Shown one piece after another: positions 38,346 to 48,351 of a stretch of DNA of 64,000 nt. Made by a program: the position numbers and the translations under genes. Under the pieces are notes generated by a model. The model did not search any database. It had not been told where the DNA came from and worked only from the letters and a program-made list of their open reading frames with translations. The DNA lies in NCBI GenBank assembly GCA_963768655.1, contig CAVYIM010000004.1, positions 160,001 to 224,000 of the forward strand, in the 5' to 3' direction. The stretch is from an uncultured Chloroflexia bacterium (lineage in GTDB: Bacteria > Chloroflexota > Limnocylindria > Limnocylindrales > CSP1-4). The stretch's first letter is position 1. Each line of letters begins with the position of its first letter.

Positions 38346-41192
38346 ATGTTCGATCGACTCGGCCGGCTGGTGCTCAGGCTCCGGTTCGTCCTGATTGCCA
38401 TCTGGGTAGTCGGTGCGATCGCGTTCGGCGTCCTGGGCCCGTCGCTGGCGAAGGTCGGGTCGGCCGACGAAACCAGCTTCCTGCCCAAGAACGCGGATTC
38501 GCTGGCCGCCCTCAAAGTCCTTTCGGCCGCCTTCCCCAGCGACTCGGCTCCGTCGACGGCGCTGATCGTCTTCTCGCGCCAGAGCGGCCTGACCGACGCG
38601 GACCGCGCCGCCATCGAGGGCCTGAGCACGTGGTTCGGAGGCGACAGTCGTCCCGCCGGCGTCCTGCGCTACGTCACCGCTGAGGGCACGCCCAGCCTGG
38701 CCACCATGTTCCGAAGCTCCGATGGCGTGGTCGAGCTGGCCCAGGTGGATTTCGATGCGCCCTCGTTCCTGCCACGGACCAACTCCGCCGTCGACGCCAT
38801 ACGGGCTCACCTTGCCGCGCCGGGCGTGCTGCCGGCCGGGCTCGTGGCCCAGGTCAGCGGCCAGGCCGGGATCGGCCGTGACTATCTGAACGCCATCCAG
38901 CAGGGCACGAACAGCACGACCGTGGTCACGATCGTGCTCGTCGTCGTGGTGCTGCTGTTGATCTACCGCGCGCCGCTTGCGGCCCTGGTGCCGCTGGCCA
39001 CGATCGGCTGCGCCTTCCTGGTCTCGCGCGGCCTGCTCGGCTTCCTGGCCCAGGGCGGCTGGCAGCTCTCGTCCGTCCTCGACTCGTTCATCGTCGTGCT
39101 CGTCTTCGGCGTCGGCACGGACTACACGATCTTCCTGATATCGCGATTCAGAGAGGAGTTGGGCCGCAACAGCCACGACGACGCGGTCCGGGTGACCGTC
39201 AGCCGCATCGGCGCCGTCATCGCCGCGTCCGCGGCGACCGTCATCGTCGGCCTGAGCTCCATGATCGTCGCCAGCTTCGGCATGATCCAGACGACCGGCC
39301 CGGCCCTGGCCATCACGATCTTCATCACTCTGCTGGCCGGCCTGACGCTCACTCCGTCGCTGCTGGCGATCTTCGGCCGGCGGCTCTTCTGGCCGCTCCA
39401 CGAGCAGACCAGGACGGCCGCCTCGGACGAGAAGGGATTCTGGGCGGCGGTCGCCCGCCGGATCACGGACCGCCCGGGGTTGCTGGCCGCGGTCGTCCTG
39501 GTCGCGCTGGCGGCGCCGTTGCTGGCTCTGCCCCAGCTCAAGGAGAACTTCAACGTTCTCGAGGAACTGCCCGGCAACGCCGAGTCGCGCCTCGGCTTCG
39601 ACACGCTCAGCCAGCACCTGGCCGAGGGCCAGCTGATGCCGCTCAATGTGCTGGTCGAGGTGCCGGCCGGGAATCTGGCCAGCCCTGCGGACCTGGCCCG
39701 TATCGGGCAGCTGGAGCAGAAGATCGCCGCGCTGCCGGACATCCAGTCGGTCAGCAGCGTCGTCGACCCGACGGGCCAGGGCACGGTTTCTGGCGTCGTG
39801 GAGCCGGCGACCGAGCTGGCCTCCATGGCGCAAGGCTTCGCGCAGCCGCCGAGCACGAACCTCAACGTCAACCTGAGCGACGCCTCTCTGGCGTCGATCG
39901 AATCCACGGTCGCGTACGTTGGCGGGCTGGCCGGGGCCTATCCGAACGTGGCGGGCGCGACCCTGACCGCCACCGAGGCGGATCTGGCCACTCTCCAGCT
40001 GAGCATCGTGAACGGGCGCGACCAGGCCAACGCCGCCAACCAGCTCGGCGCGCTTGCCGCCCAGCTGCAGGCCGCTGCCACCTCAGCCCCGAGCGGCGAT
40101 GCTGCCAGCCAGCTGGCCCAGCTCAAGTCCTACCTGGACGAGCTCGGCGCGGCGATGCCGGCGCTGACTGCGACCGACGCGTACAAGGCCGCGGAGACCG
40201 CCATCCCGCAGGTGGCGGCGACTCGCGATGCCGGGGCCTTCATGACACTCGTGGCTGCTCTTGGCCAGATGCAGGCGTGGTTCGAGGCCCAGCCGACCGC
40301 CTTCTACTTCAGCCCCACCACGGCGACGCCCACGGCCGAACAGCTGGCCGCCCAGCAGGCTACGGCCGCAGCCCGTGCCCGCCTGCCCGGTGAGTTGAGC
40401 CAGCTCGCCGCCTCGTTCGGCGCCGGCGACCTGTACGCGCCGCCCAGCCTGACGGCGGCCTACGTCTCGGGCGCCGGGAACGTGACCCAGCTGTATGTGA
40501 CCACCACGAGCAACCCGTACGACACGGCGTCCTTCGACGCCGTTCGCTCGCTCCAGACGCTGATGGCCGGTCAGGCGTCGAGTTTCGGGCCGGGGGCCAC
40601 GACGTACGTGGGCGGCGCGACCGCCGAATACGCGGACGTCCAATCCACGATCTCGTCCGACTTCCTGCGCGTCGCCGTGATCACGATCGTGGGCATCCTG
40701 ATCGTCCTCATCCTGCTGCTGCGGGCGCTCGCGGCACCCGCATACCTGGTGCTGACGGTCCTGCTGTCGTACTCGGCCAGCCTGAGTCTCTCGGCTTTTC
40801 TGGTTCAGACCGTGTTCGGCCAGCCAGGCATCAACTACTTCATACCGCTGATGGTCTTCGTGCTGCTGGTCGCCCTGGGTTCCGACTACAACATCTTCTT
40901 GATGTCGCGGGTCCGCGAGGAGAGCGCCGTGCGGCCGCTGCGGCAGGGCATCCGCGCCGCCTCGGCTCGAACCGGCACGGTCATCACCTCGGCCGGCCTG
41001 ATCCTGGCGGGGACCTTCGGGGCGTTGATCACGTCGCCGCTGCAGCTGCTCTTCCAGGTCGGCGTGACCGTCGCCCTGGGCGTGCTGATCGACACGTTCA
41101 TCGTCCGGAGCCTGCTCGTCCCGGCCATCACCGCCTTCATCGGGGAGTGGGCCTGGTGGCCGTTCCACCGGCGGGGCGCCGGGGGAGCTTAG
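38346..41192 (+). CDS. MMPL (RND-superfamily) transporter
   Basis: Start MFDRLGRLV at 38346; two MMPL halves with FGVGTDY.IFL.SRFREE and ALGSDYNIFLMSRVREE; large helical insertion. Confidence 0.92.
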   Translation: MFDRLGRLVLRLRFVLIAIWVVGAIAFGVLGPSLAKVGSADETSFLPKNADSLAALKVLSAAFPSDSAPSTALIVFSRQSGLTDADRAAIEGLSTWFGGDSRPAGVLRYVTAEGTPSLATMFRSSDGVVELAQVDFDAPSFLPRTNSAVDAIRAHLAAPGVLPAGLVAQVSGQAGIGRDYLNAIQQGTNSTTVVTIVLVVVVLLLIYRAPLAALVPLATIGCAFLVSRGLLGFLAQGGWQLSSVLDSFIVVLVFGVGTDYTIFLISRFREELGRNSHDDAVRVTVSRIGAVIAASAATVIVGLSSMIVASFGMIQTTGPALAITIFITLLAGLTLTPSLLAIFGRRLFWPLHEQTRTAASDEKGFWAAVARRITDRPGLLAAVVLVALAAPLLALPQLKENFNVLEELPGNAESRLGFDTLSQHLAEGQLMPLNVLVEVPAGNLASPADLARIGQLEQKIAALPDIQSVSSVVDPTGQGTVSGVVEPATELASMAQGFAQPPSTNLNVNLSDASLASIESTVAYVGGLAGAYPNVAGATLTATEADLATLQLSIVNGRDQANAANQLGALAAQLQAAATSAPSGDAASQLAQLKSYLDELGAAMPALTATDAYKAAETAIPQVAATRDAGAFMTLVAALGQMQAWFEAQPTAFYFSPTTATPTAEQLAAQQATAAARARLPGELSQLAASFGAGDLYAPPSLTAAYVSGAGNVTQLYVTTTSNPYDTASFDAVRSLQTLMAGQASSFGPGATTYVGGATAEYADVQSTISSDFLRVAVITIVGILIVLILLLRALAAPAYLVLTVLLSYSASLSLSAFLVQTVFGQPGINYFIPLMVFVLLVALGSDYNIFLMSRVREESAVRPLRQGIRAASARTGTVITSAGLILAGTFGALITSPLQLLFQVGVTVALGVLIDTFIVRSLLVPAITAFIGEWAWWPFHRRGAGGA

Positions 41193-41322
41193 GGCCAGCG
41201 TGCCAGCGTGGTTGATGGGTCGCGTCGCGACCGTCTTCTCCAGTCCCGTCGAGCTCGGCCGACACCTTCGGTACCATCGTCCTGCCCCCCGATTGGGGTC
41301 TGGCGCACGTCTTGACCTCTGC

Positions 41323-41331
41323 TGCTACACT
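41323..41331 (+). promoter_or_regulatory. Possible extended -10 promoter (TGcTACACT) for the ilv leader
   Basis: TG-n-TACACT ~55 nt upstream of the leader ORF start. Confidence 0.4.
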
Positions 41332-41385
41332 CGCCAGACACCGCTCGACCGCGAGCCGGTGTAGTAACTGCTACGGAGAACCAGG

Positions 41386-41592
41386 TTGGGTCTGTTCAAC
41401 AGTCGGAACCGCCGCCACGTCGCCATCCTCGTTCGGACGGATGGTCGTCGCGTGCAGGTGCCCACCGACAACCTCGGCCTGGTCGACGTCTCCCTCCTCG
41501 GTCTACTTCATACCCTCGAGCTCGGCATTGAGCGCGTATTCGTACTCATTACCGGCTCCCGGCGGGAGGCTGGACCCAGGGACAAGCGCTGA
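41386..41592 (+). CDS. Putative ilv/leu attenuator leader peptide (start uncertain)
   Basis: GGAGAA RBS plus TTG; Val/Leu/Ile-rich (…LGLVDVSLLGLL…IERVFVLITG…); stop lies ~24 nt before a strong terminator preceding ilvB. Confidence 0.55.
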   Translation: MGLFNSRNRRHVAILVRTDGRRVQVPTDNLGLVDVSLLGLLHTLELGIERVFVLITGSRREAGPRDKR

Positions 41593-41615
41593 CGACGCAA
41601 ACCCCGAAAGACCAG

Positions 41616-41644
41616 AACCCTCGCCGGCAGGCGAGGGTTTTTTT
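41616..41644 (+). terminator. Intrinsic terminator (attenuator) upstream of ilvB
   Basis: AACCCTCGCC-GGCA-GGCGAGGGTT followed by a T-run (7 T in total). Confidence 0.85.
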
Positions 41645-41727
41645 GATGAGCCGAACAGACCAGGAATCGTAGGTCGAGAGCGGGGCGCCGCAAACAGACG
41701 AGTGCCACCGAAAGGAAGGGCGAAGCG

Positions 41728-43710
41728 ATGGGGACCACGGACGACGGACCGGGCCGTTCGCCGACGGCGATTTCGGGCATGACGCACCGGGCGGGCGGCG
41801 CAGGGACGGGCGGCGCTCGCGGCTCGGCCCAGGGCGCGCCCGCCGCGGGCGGAGAGGCTGCCGCCGAGCGGGGGCGTATCAACCACATGCCGGGGGCCGG
41901 TACGCCCCGCGCCGAGGCGATCAGCGCCGGGCGGCGCGAGATGCTGACCGACAGCCACCGCCTCCACATCAAGAGCCTGGCCGAGCGCGGCGCGAACCGG
42001 CCTCGCATCGGCGCGGATGCGGTCTGCGAGGCTCTGCTCCGCCAGGGCGTGGGGGTCTTCTTCGGGTACCCGGGCGGCGTCGTCCTGCCCTTCTACGACG
42101 TCCTCGGCGACTACCCGGAGCTGCGCCACATCCTGGTCCGCCACGAGCAGGGCGGCGCCCACGCCGCCGAAGGCTACGCCCGCGCCACCGGCAAGGTCGG
42201 CGTCTGCCTGGCCACCTCGGGCCCGGGCGCGACGAACCTGGTCACCGGCATTGGCAACGCCATGCTGGACTCGGTTCCGATCGTGGCCATCACCGGCAAT
42301 GTCGTCGGTTCGCTGCTCGGCAAGGACGCCTTCCAGGAGATCGATATCACGGGCATCACGCTGCCCTGCACCAAGCACAACTACCTGGTCCGCGATCCCA
42401 ACGACATCCCCCGCGTCTTCGCCGAAGCCTTCCACATCGCCCGCACCGGACGTCCGGGCCCGGTCCATATCGACCTGACCAAAGACGCGCTGATGGGGGA
42501 GTGCTCGGCCGCGCACCCGGACAGCGTCGATCTGCCCGGCTTCAAGCCCACCTTCGAGGGCCATCCCCGCCAGATCAAGCTGGCGGCCCAGGAGATCGCC
42601 AGGTCCGAACGCCCGGTCATCCTGGCCGGCCACGGAGTCCTGATCGCCGACGCCACCGAAGAGCTGCGTGAGCTGGCCGAGAAGGCCCAGATTCCTGTGG
42701 CCCACACGCTCCTCGGCGTCAGCGCCATGGACGAGACAAACCCGCTCAGCCTGGGCTTTGTCGGCATGCACGGCTGGAAGCACGTCAATCGGGCGATCCA
42801 GTCGGCCGACCTGCTGATCGCCCTGGGAATGCGGTTCGACGACCGGGTCACCGGCCACGTGCCCACCTTCGCGCCCTACGCCCGGATCGTCCATGTCGAC
42901 ATCGACCCGGCCGAGATCGGCAAGAACGTGGCTGTCGAGATCCCGATCGTGGGCGACGTCAAGCGCGTCCTGCGGGCCCTCATCCCCCAGGTCGAGGCCG
43001 TGGCTCCGGAGCGGCGAGCGGCGTATCTGGCGGAGATCGCCGCGTGGCGGGCCGAGTCGCAGAAGACGCCGTGGCACGGCTCGGGGGCGTGGCGCAACGG
43101 CCAGCTCTCGGCCGACTTCGTGGTCAGCCGCATCGGCGATGCCACGGGACACGACGCGACCATCGTCGCCGACGTGGGCCAGAACCAGATGTGGACCGCC
43201 CGTTACGGCGGCTTCCGCCGGCCGAACAGCCACATCAGCTCCGGCGGCCTCGGGACGATGGGCTACGGCCTGCCGGCCGGAATGGGCGCCGCCGTGGGCC
43301 GGCCCGACAAGGAGACCTGGTCGATCGTCGGCGACGGCGGGCTGCAGATGACCGTCCAGGAGCTGATGACACTGGTTCAGGAACACATTCCGCTCCGGAT
43401 CGCGCTGCTCAACAACCACAAGCTGGGCATGGTCCGGCAGTGGCAGGAACTCGTGTACGCCGGCAACTACCATTCCTCGCATCTGCTCGGCCCCGACTGG
43501 TGCAAGCTCGCGGAGGCGTACGGCGTCGCCGCCTTCCGAGCCGACTCGCCCGAGCAGGTCGACGCCGCAATCGCTTCCGCCCGGGCCGTGGACGGCCCGG
43601 CGCTGATCGAGTTCTGCATCGCCCAGGAACAGAACGTCTTCCCGATGATGCCGGCCGGCAAGGGCCTGTCGGATCTGCTCGAGGAACAGTTCGAGGAGCC
43701 CAACCGATGA
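41728..43710 (+). CDS. ilvB: Acetolactate synthase large subunit (start may be downstream, e.g. 41941)
   Basis: FGYPGG, RHEQG..HAAEGYAR, TSGPGATN, DAFQE, DVGQNQMW, TPP motif GDGG...NN. Confidence 0.96.
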   Translation: MGTTDDGPGRSPTAISGMTHRAGGAGTGGARGSAQGAPAAGGEAAAERGRINHMPGAGTPRAEAISAGRREMLTDSHRLHIKSLAERGANRPRIGADAVCEALLRQGVGVFFGYPGGVVLPFYDVLGDYPELRHILVRHEQGGAHAAEGYARATGKVGVCLATSGPGATNLVTGIGNAMLDSVPIVAITGNVVGSLLGKDAFQEIDITGITLPCTKHNYLVRDPNDIPRVFAEAFHIARTGRPGPVHIDLTKDALMGECSAAHPDSVDLPGFKPTFEGHPRQIKLAAQEIARSERPVILAGHGVLIADATEELRELAEKAQIPVAHTLLGVSAMDETNPLSLGFVGMHGWKHVNRAIQSADLLIALGMRFDDRVTGHVPTFAPYARIVHVDIDPAEIGKNVAVEIPIVGDVKRVLRALIPQVEAVAPERRAAYLAEIAAWRAESQKTPWHGSGAWRNGQLSADFVVSRIGDATGHDATIVADVGQNQMWTARYGGFRRPNSHISSGGLGTMGYGLPAGMGAAVGRPDKETWSIVGDGGLQMTVQELMTLVQEHIPLRIALLNNHKLGMVRQWQELVYAGNYHSSHLLGPDWCKLAEAYGVAAFRADSPEQVDAAIASARAVDGPALIEFCIAQEQNVFPMMPAGKGLSDLLEEQFEEPNR

Positions 43711-44348
43711 GCCCCACCGGTTCGAACCCCGGGGGCGGCGCCGATCAAGGCGTCGCCCCGGCGCTGGGTGGTGCGGCCGCATCTCACTCGGCGCCGGCCC
43801 ACACCGCGCCGCCGGCGCGGGCTCTGCCCGGCCACGGCGAGGCGCACCGTCACGTGCTCGTCGCCATCGTCCTGAACAGGCCCGGCGTCCTCAACCGCGT
43901 CGCCAGCCTCATGCGGGCGCGCAATTTCAACATCGAGACCCTCGCGGTCAGTCACACTGATCAGCCGGAGGTCAGCCGCATGACGCTCACGCTCCACGGC
44001 GACGACGTGGCGGTCGAGCAGGCGGCCAAGCAGCTGTACCGGCTCATCGACGTCCTCAAGGTCCAGGACGTCACCAGCGACCCGACCGTCGAGCACGAGA
44101 TCGCGCTGATCAAGGTCCGCGCCGACGACCGCAATCGCGGCGAGGTGTTGACCATCGCGGACATGTACAAGGCCAGAGTCGTGGATCTTGCGGCCGAGTC
44201 GCTGATCGTGGAGGCGACCGGGACCGAGGCCGAGGTGGATGCGCTCATCGCGCTCCTTCGCGGGTTCGGGATCAAGGAGCTCGTCCGCTCGGGAACCGTC
44301 GTTATGTCCCGGGGTGCCGGGTCGATCGAGGAGGCAGTCAAGCGATGA
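43707..44348 (+). CDS. ilvN: Acetolactate synthase small (regulatory) subunit
   Basis: [39 protein letters not shown]; ATGA overlap with ilvB. Confidence 0.95.
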   Translation: MSPTGSNPGGGADQGVAPALGGAAASHSAPAHTAPPARALPGHGEAHRHVLVAIVLNRPGVLNRVASLMRARNFNIETLAVSHTDQPEVSRMTLTLHGDDVAVEQAAKQLYRLIDVLKVQDVTSDPTVEHEIALIKVRADDRNRGEVLTIADMYKARVVDLAAESLIVEATGTEAEVDALIALLRGFGIKELVRSGTVVMSRGAGSIEEAVKR

Positions 44349-45385
44349 CCGCGCGCATGTACTACGACAACGATGCCGACCCCAAGGCTCTCGCCGGCCA
44401 GAAGATCGCCATCATCGGCTACGGGAGCCAGGGCCACGCCCACGCCCAGAACCTGCACGACTCCGGCTACGACGTGACCGTCGTCGAGTCCAACCCCAAG
44501 GCCCGCGCCCTCGCCGAAGAGGCCGGTCTCAAGACGGCCGACATCGCGGACGCCGTCAAGGCCGCGGACGTGATCATGATCCTGGTCCCCGACACCATCC
44601 AGAAGAAGGTGTACGAGGAATCGATCCGGCCGAACATGCACGCCGGCCAGCTGCTCATGTTCGCCCACGGTTTCAACATCCGCTTCGACCGCATCCGCCC
44701 GGGCGAGGGCATCGACGTGGGCATGGTCGCGCCCAAGGGCCCAGGCCATCTCGTCCGCTCCGTTTTCGAACAAGGCGGCGGCGTGCCCGCTCTCTTCGCC
44801 GTCGAGAAGGACGCCACCGGGACCGCCCGTGCCCGTACCCTCGCCTACGCGCGTGGCATCGGCGCCACCCGCGCCGGCGTTCTCGAGACGACGTTCAAGG
44901 AAGAGACCGAGACGGATCTCTTCGGCGAGCAGGTCGTGCTCTGCGGCGGCGTCACGAACCTGATCAAGAACGGCTTCGAGACCCTGGTCGAGGCGGGCTA
45001 CCAGCCGGAGCTGGCCTACTTCGAGGTGATGCACGAGCTCAAGCTGATCGTCGACCTGATGTACCGCGGCGGCATGAACTTCATGCGCTTCTCGGTCAGC
45101 GACACCGCCGAGTACGGCGACTACGTCTCCGGCCCGCGGATCATCGACGCCCGCGTGCGCGCGGAGATGAAGAAGGTTCTGGGCGAGATCCAGGACGGCA
45201 GCTTCGCGGCGGCATGGATCGCCGAGAACGAGGCCGGCCTGCCGAACTTCAAGAAGATGCGCGAGGCCGGCCGCGACCACCAGGTCGAGCAGGTCGGTGC
45301 CCGGCTGCGCAAGGCCATGCCGTTCCTCAACCCCGTTGAGGTCGTCGACGGCCAGCCGCAGGCCTCGGCCAGGTCCAAGGAGTAG
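44345..45385 (+). CDS. ilvC: Ketol-acid reductoisomerase
   Basis: [54 protein letters not shown]. Confidence 0.97.
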   Translation: MTARMYYDNDADPKALAGQKIAIIGYGSQGHAHAQNLHDSGYDVTVVESNPKARALAEEAGLKTADIADAVKAADVIMILVPDTIQKKVYEESIRPNMHAGQLLMFAHGFNIRFDRIRPGEGIDVGMVAPKGPGHLVRSVFEQGGGVPALFAVEKDATGTARARTLAYARGIGATRAGVLETTFKEETETDLFGEQVVLCGGVTNLIKNGFETLVEAGYQPELAYFEVMHELKLIVDLMYRGGMNFMRFSVSDTAEYGDYVSGPRIIDARVRAEMKKVLGEIQDGSFAAAWIAENEAGLPNFKKMREAGRDHQVEQVGARLRKAMPFLNPVEVVDGQPQASARSKE

Positions 45386-45478
45386 TTGCCAAAGCGATGA
45401 GTGGCGAGGCCGGATCGGTTTCGGCCTCGCTACTCCGCCCCGCCACCTGCCCGGAAGCCAGACAATGGAGAACCTCCA

Positions 45479-46663
45479 GTGAGCACGCCTCAGCCGCTGA
45501 ATCAGGCCGACCCAGCGGCGACGTATCGCCTCGTCGTCGTTCCCGGTGATGGGATCGGCCCGGAGGTGATTGCCGGCGGCCGGCGCGTGCTCGAGACGAC
45601 AGGGCAGATTTTCGGGTTCGGGATCGAGTGGACCGAAGTGCTCGTCGGCGGCGTCGCCTTCGATGCGTACGGCGTCGGTGTCCGCGACGAAGACGTCGAC
45701 AAGTGCGCAGCCGCCGATGCCGTCTACTTCGGTGCGATCGGGGACCCGCGGTTCAACGATCCGAGGTCGAAGGTTCGGCCCGAGCAGGCGCTCCTGCGGC
45801 TCCGCAAGGACCTCTGCCTGTACGCCAACCTTCGGCCGGTCACGGTCCAGCCCATCCTCGCGGCCAGTTCGCCCGTTCGCGAATCGCTGGTGAAGGACGT
45901 GGATCTGCTGATCGTCCGAGAGCTGACCGGTGGCCTCTACTTCGGCAAGCCCTCGGAAACCCGCGTGACGCCTGCGGGGCGCGAAGTCGTGGACACACTC
46001 ACCTACACCGAGCACGAAATCCGCCGCGTCGTGAAGCTCGGCTTCGAACTGGCACGCAGCCGCCGCAAGAAGCTGACCAGCGTCGACAAGGCGAACGTGC
46101 TGGAGTCGAGCCGGCTGTGGCGGACGATCGTCGAGGAGGTCAAGCCCGAGTACCCGGACGTCGAGCTGGAGCATCGGCTGGTGGACGCCTGCGCCATGTC
46201 GCTCGTCACTCGCCCCGCCCAGTTCGACGTGATGGTCATGGAGAATCTCTTCGGCGACATCCTGAGCGACGAGGCCAGCGTGCTGGCGGGCTCGCTCGGG
46301 ATGCTGCCTTCGGCATCGCTGGGAGAGAGGCGAACGGACCACGGACTGTTCGGCTTGTACGAGCCCATTCACGGATCCGCGCCCGACATCGCGGGCCAGG
46401 ACATTGCCAACCCGCTGGCGACGATCCTCTCCGCGGCAATGATGCTGCGCTGGTCCCTGGGCCAGACTGCCGCGGCCGAGGCGATCGAGGCCGCGGTCGG
46501 GGCCGCGCTGGCAGACGGCTACCGGACGCCGGATCTGGTCGCCGCGACGGGCGAGCAGCCGGGGCAGCGCAAGGTCGGGACGCAGGCCATGGCCGATGCG
46601 GTAGTCGCCGCCCTCCAGGCCGCGGCCGGGGCTGCCGGCGGCGCGAAGGCGGCCGTCCAATGA
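45479..46663 (+). CDS. leuB: 3-isopropylmalate dehydrogenase
   Basis: PGDGIGPE, LYANLRP, VRELTGGLYFG, DKANVL, NLFGDILSDE, EPIHGSAPDIAG; probable GTG start at 45479 after GGAGAA. Confidence 0.96.
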   Translation: MSTPQPLNQADPAATYRLVVVPGDGIGPEVIAGGRRVLETTGQIFGFGIEWTEVLVGGVAFDAYGVGVRDEDVDKCAAADAVYFGAIGDPRFNDPRSKVRPEQALLRLRKDLCLYANLRPVTVQPILAASSPVRESLVKDVDLLIVRELTGGLYFGKPSETRVTPAGREVVDTLTYTEHEIRRVVKLGFELARSRRKKLTSVDKANVLESSRLWRTIVEEVKPEYPDVELEHRLVDACAMSLVTRPAQFDVMVMENLFGDILSDEASVLAGSLGMLPSASLGERRTDHGLFGLYEPIHGSAPDIAGQDIANPLATILSAAMMLRWSLGQTAAAEAIEAAVGAALADGYRTPDLVAATGEQPGQRKVGTQAMADAVVAALQAAAGAAGGAKAAVQ

Positions 46664-48336
46664 GCAACCGCGTAGTCCTCTACGACACGACGCTCCGCGA
46701 CGGGACGCAGCGTGAAGGCCTGATCGTGTCGCTGGCGGACAAGATCAAGATCGCTCGCCGCCTGGACGAATTCGGCCTGGCCTACATCGAAGGCGGCTGG
46801 CCGGGCTCCAATCCCAAGGACGTCGACTTCTTCGCGGCCGCCCGGTCGATCCAGTGGAAGAACGCGAAGCTCGCGGCCTTCGGCTCCACCCGGCACCGCT
46901 CCAACCGCGCGGAGACCGACCCGAACCTGGTCGCCATCGTCGCCGCCGGCACGCCGGTCGTGACGATCTTCGGCAAGAGCTGGCTGCTGCACGTCCGCGA
47001 CGTTCTCGGCGCCACGCCCGAGGAGAACCTGGCGATGGTGGCCGACTCCGTGGCCTTCCCGGCCGCCGCAGGCCGCGAGATGGTCTACGACGCGGAGCAC
47101 TACTTCGACGGCTACAAGGACGATCCCGCCTACGCCCTGGCCACTCTCCGAGCGGCCCGCGGCGCCGGGGCGGCCACCCTCGTACTGTGCGATACCAACG
47201 GCGGCACGCTGACCGATGAGCTGGTGGAGATCGTGCGCGCGACGATGGCCGCTCTCGCGGACGACCTCGACGGCGGCGCTGCCGAGGTGATCTGGGGCAT
47301 CCACTGCCATAACGACTCGGAGCTGGCGGTGGCCAACTCCCTGGCGGCGATCGCCAGCGGCGTCCGCCACGTCCAGGGCACGATCAACGGTTACGGCGAG
47401 CGCTGCGGCAACGCCAATCTGGTCAGCATCCTGGCCGACCTGGAACTCAAGACGAGCTACGAGCCCGTTCCGTCGGGCCGCCTGGGTGAGCTGACGGAGA
47501 TGGCCCGCTACGTGGCCGAGATCGTCAACATCGCGCCGGACGACCACCAGCCGTACGTCGGCCGCTCGGCGTTTGCCCACAAGGGCGGAGTCCACGGCTC
47601 CGCGACCGCGCGCGCCAGCCGCGCCTACCAGCACGTGGACCCCGGCGTAGTCGGCAACGTCATGCGCCTCGTGGTTAGCGAGCTCGGCGGCAAGGCCAAC
47701 ACGCAGCTTCGCGCCGAGCAGCTCGGCCAGCAGCTCGACGGCGTGGATCCGAAGGCGCTGAGCCAGGTCATCAAGCAGCTCGAGGCCGAAGGGCTCGCGT
47801 TCGAGGGCGCCGAGGCGTCGTTCGAGCTGCTGGTGAAACGCCACAAGGCCGGCTACGAGCCGCCCTTCGAGCTGTGCGACTACACTGTTCTCGTGGAGCA
47901 GCGCGGCGGGGCCGAGCTGCTGGCCGAGGCCACGGTCAAGGTCGAGGTCGCGGGCGAGGTGCTCCACACCGCAGCTGACGGCAACGGCCCGGTCAACGCC
48001 CTGGACACCGCCCTGCGCAAGGCCCTGGGCGCCTTCTACCCGCAGCTCGACTCGGTGCACCTGGTGGACTACAAGGTCCGCATCCTCGACAGCGAGGAGG
48101 CGACGGGCGCTCAGACGCGGGTCATCATCGATTCATCGGACGGCGCCCGGGAGTGGTCGACGATGGGCAGCGGAACGAACATCATCGCGGCGTCGTGCCA
48201 GGCCCTGTGCGACTCGCTCGAATACGCCATCTGGAAGACGGGCGCGGAAGTGCGGCGACGCGACGAGCGCCACTTCACCACCGCCGCGCCCGGCAACGGC
48301 ACGGCCGGCGCCACCCGGCCGGGCCGCTCCGGGTAG
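46660..48336 (+). CDS. cimA: Citramalate synthase (LeuA/CimA family, bacterial CimA type)
   Basis: YDTTLRDGTQREG, YIEGGWPGSNPKD, GKSW..HV, DAEHYFDG, HCHND, AFAHKGG.H and an allosteric C-domain; ATGA overlap with leuB. Confidence 0.85.
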   Translation: MSNRVVLYDTTLRDGTQREGLIVSLADKIKIARRLDEFGLAYIEGGWPGSNPKDVDFFAAARSIQWKNAKLAAFGSTRHRSNRAETDPNLVAIVAAGTPVVTIFGKSWLLHVRDVLGATPEENLAMVADSVAFPAAAGREMVYDAEHYFDGYKDDPAYALATLRAARGAGAATLVLCDTNGGTLTDELVEIVRATMAALADDLDGGAAEVIWGIHCHNDSELAVANSLAAIASGVRHVQGTINGYGERCGNANLVSILADLELKTSYEPVPSGRLGELTEMARYVAEIVNIAPDDHQPYVGRSAFAHKGGVHGSATARASRAYQHVDPGVVGNVMRLVVSELGGKANTQLRAEQLGQQLDGVDPKALSQVIKQLEAEGLAFEGAEASFELLVKRHKAGYEPPFELCDYTVLVEQRGGAELLAEATVKVEVAGEVLHTAADGNGPVNALDTALRKALGAFYPQLDSVHLVDYKVRILDSEEATGAQTRVIIDSSDGAREWSTMGSGTNIIAASCQALCDSLEYAIWKTGAEVRRRDERHFTTAAPGNGTAGATRPGRSG

Positions 48337-48351
48337 TCGCAGGAGGGATCG

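Noticed and set aside
41340-41644. T-box riboswitch upstream of ilvB
   Set aside because: No T-box consensus (GGTGGNACCGCG) precedes the terminator; a leader-peptide attenuator explains the region better.
41503-46660. Long antisense ORFs (e.g. 41503-43782, 43961-46660; also 3404-4882, 59098-61353, 61726-63531)
   Set aside because: Shadow ORFs expected opposite high-GC3 genes; no recognisable motifs.
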